Shown here: piece after piece, positions 62,211-64,000 of the stretch
How positions within the stretch are numbered: position 1 is the stretch's first letter
Layout of the letters: each line of letters starts with the position of its first letter
Translations under genes and position numbers: made by a program
Notes under the pieces: generated by a model
What the model was told of the DNA's origin: nothing
The model's input: only the letters and a program-made list of their open reading frames with translations
Databases searched by the model: none
DNA from: Dicyema japonicum
Lineage: Eukaryota > Animalia > Dicyemida
Length of the DNA stretch: 64,000 nucleotides
Direction of reading: 5' to 3'
Assembly (NCBI GenBank): GCA_011109175.1
Contig: RDEW01000035.1
Location: 136,141-200,140 of the forward strand

Positions 62211-64000
62211 TTGCATAAGATTATAAAAGTCTAACAAATTATAATTATAAATTTCATTCGACAAAATGACAAAAATCAATTGCCCGAGTGTTCGAAATCC
62301 TTCCATAGATATTAAAACACCAATTTCCAGTCTTTCCATCAATGATCCAAATAATAGCAGTAACACGTGCTAACATGTACCAAATTCATTTTTAGTTGAA
62401 ATAATGTTTTACCAAATGTTTTATATGCATATTATATGAGTTATGCGGGATTACAGTATTATTTTTACCAAAACTAAAAACATTTGTAAATCAAGAAAAC
62501 TGATTGAATTTAAACAAGGATCGTTAGAAAAGTTTAAAAATTTATTAACTTGAAAAAATCATCATGATGAGTCATTAACCCAAAATTATGATCGTTCTGC
62601 GGTATGTGAATTTTTTAATAAAACTAAAACCCAATTGTAGAAAACCTACCACGTGGTGTCACGTGGATGCTTATTTGAAAATTTCTCTTCTTTACTTTTG
62701 GTGACGTCAAACACAATTTCTATTATATCTAATAATCTTAGTTTATGGCTTAACAAAAAATCACTTACAGGTGCAGAAAAGTCAGCTTTGACTTTATTCA
62801 CAACTCACCGAAAGCTTGGAAACTATGTCATGGACATCCCCCTCAATGGAAGTAATATTCTTTAAAAAATTTTCGACACGAGTGACAGAAGTATACACTA
62901 GTTAACATTATGCGATTTCAGGTTTTATTTATAATTGGATCGCTATTAGATTTGTCCCTTGGAGATATTTCTTTCAATTTTGTCACAAAAAAGTCTCATA
63001 TTCATCATTTTTATTAACCCCAGGTTAACAATATTTAGTAAGCTCAGCACAAACAGTCACGGATAATTGATCTAAGGAAGAAGTTATGTTTATGATTACC
63101 AAATTTATTCTACAATTGTTTATTATTAGTTTCGCTTCATACGAGAAGTGGAGAAATAGGTTCGCCTACTCCATTTCCATCACACGTCTTACCAGGTATA
63201 AAGTAAGAAGATCCCTTCCAACTACTGTGTCGTGTCAGAAGGATCCGTCGCTCACGAGTGGGATCTGTATGACAAGAAAAGTCCATCATTCCGATTCGAT
63301 CCCTAGTCTGTTGCATACGATTTCATTAGACGTTTCGTTCTCCCGAAAAAACCTATTTTTTATTATAACACGTGCTTTTTTTAACAAAAAGAGTTAAACT
63401 GAGTGAAAGTGTAGTGACAAAATATTGACTCTCAAAGCTTACATTCTAACTGATTCTCCCGTGGCTCTTCTAGTTTATTGGAATCTGATTCATTGCCTCA
63501 ATACTTAAATCAAATATTTATTCCAAGACCACCGTTAAGACGAAAAAACAAACAAGTGATCCCGACAAATTAATCCAAGCTCTCAGCTCGGCTCGATTCT
63601 ACACAAGCTCGTTGAGGTCAGGTTTTCTCCTAATAACGTTTGATCAGTTTTCCTCCGTTACTCCTTCAGATAAGGATCTCCAAGGGTGTAGGTATCACGT
63701 TCCTTTTGTCCGCAGACCATTTCTTTGTCATTCCAAAAGTCCTTTTTATGTAGCGCGATTTTCAGTGCATTAGTCCAAGAGATGTAAGGTACCCTTGAGG
63801 CACATGCATAGAGAATGCAAGTTAAATGTAATGAGAGTAAAGTGTTTTTAGTATTGGATTGTTTCTGATTTTTCATAGCCCGTTAGCCTTTCAGCAGGTT
63901 GATTTTTTTCTCACATTTGTTTAGCACATTTCCAACTGTTAATTCATTAATTTTAACTCCAACTAGCCGAGAGAATCACATATGCGTATCATAGATCACT
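62125..64000. repeat. Copy 2 of the composite inverted duplication (runs off the window end)
   Basis: Reverse complement of 38828-40690. Confidence 0.88.

Overview
AT-rich eukaryotic, probably metazoan, DNA. Most of the window is degraded, nested and internally deleted mobile elements: I/Ingi-jockey-like LINEs (APE+RT, at least one with an intact 2A-like motif), RTE LINEs, CRE and R4/Dong RLE-type elements, Tigger/pogo transposons, a Ginger-type integrase and a tRNA-derived SINE family with an RTE-derived tail. Between them are a few compact host genes: STX17-like, two LAMP-like, a C-type lectin-mucin, DTYMK, PIGO-like and a C2H2 zinc-finger gene. Every intron I could infer is only 22-30 nt, and such micro-introns also sit inside the Tigger and Ginger ORFs. 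The standard genetic code, metazoan-type genes and micro-introns suggest a reduced parasite such as a dicyemid or myxozoan; this is inference only. Single Ns at 22691 and 27913 mark assembly joins. Many frameshifts fall in homopolymers and may be sequencing errors. All calls come from manual motif reading, with no searches run, and the boundaries of degraded elements are approximate.
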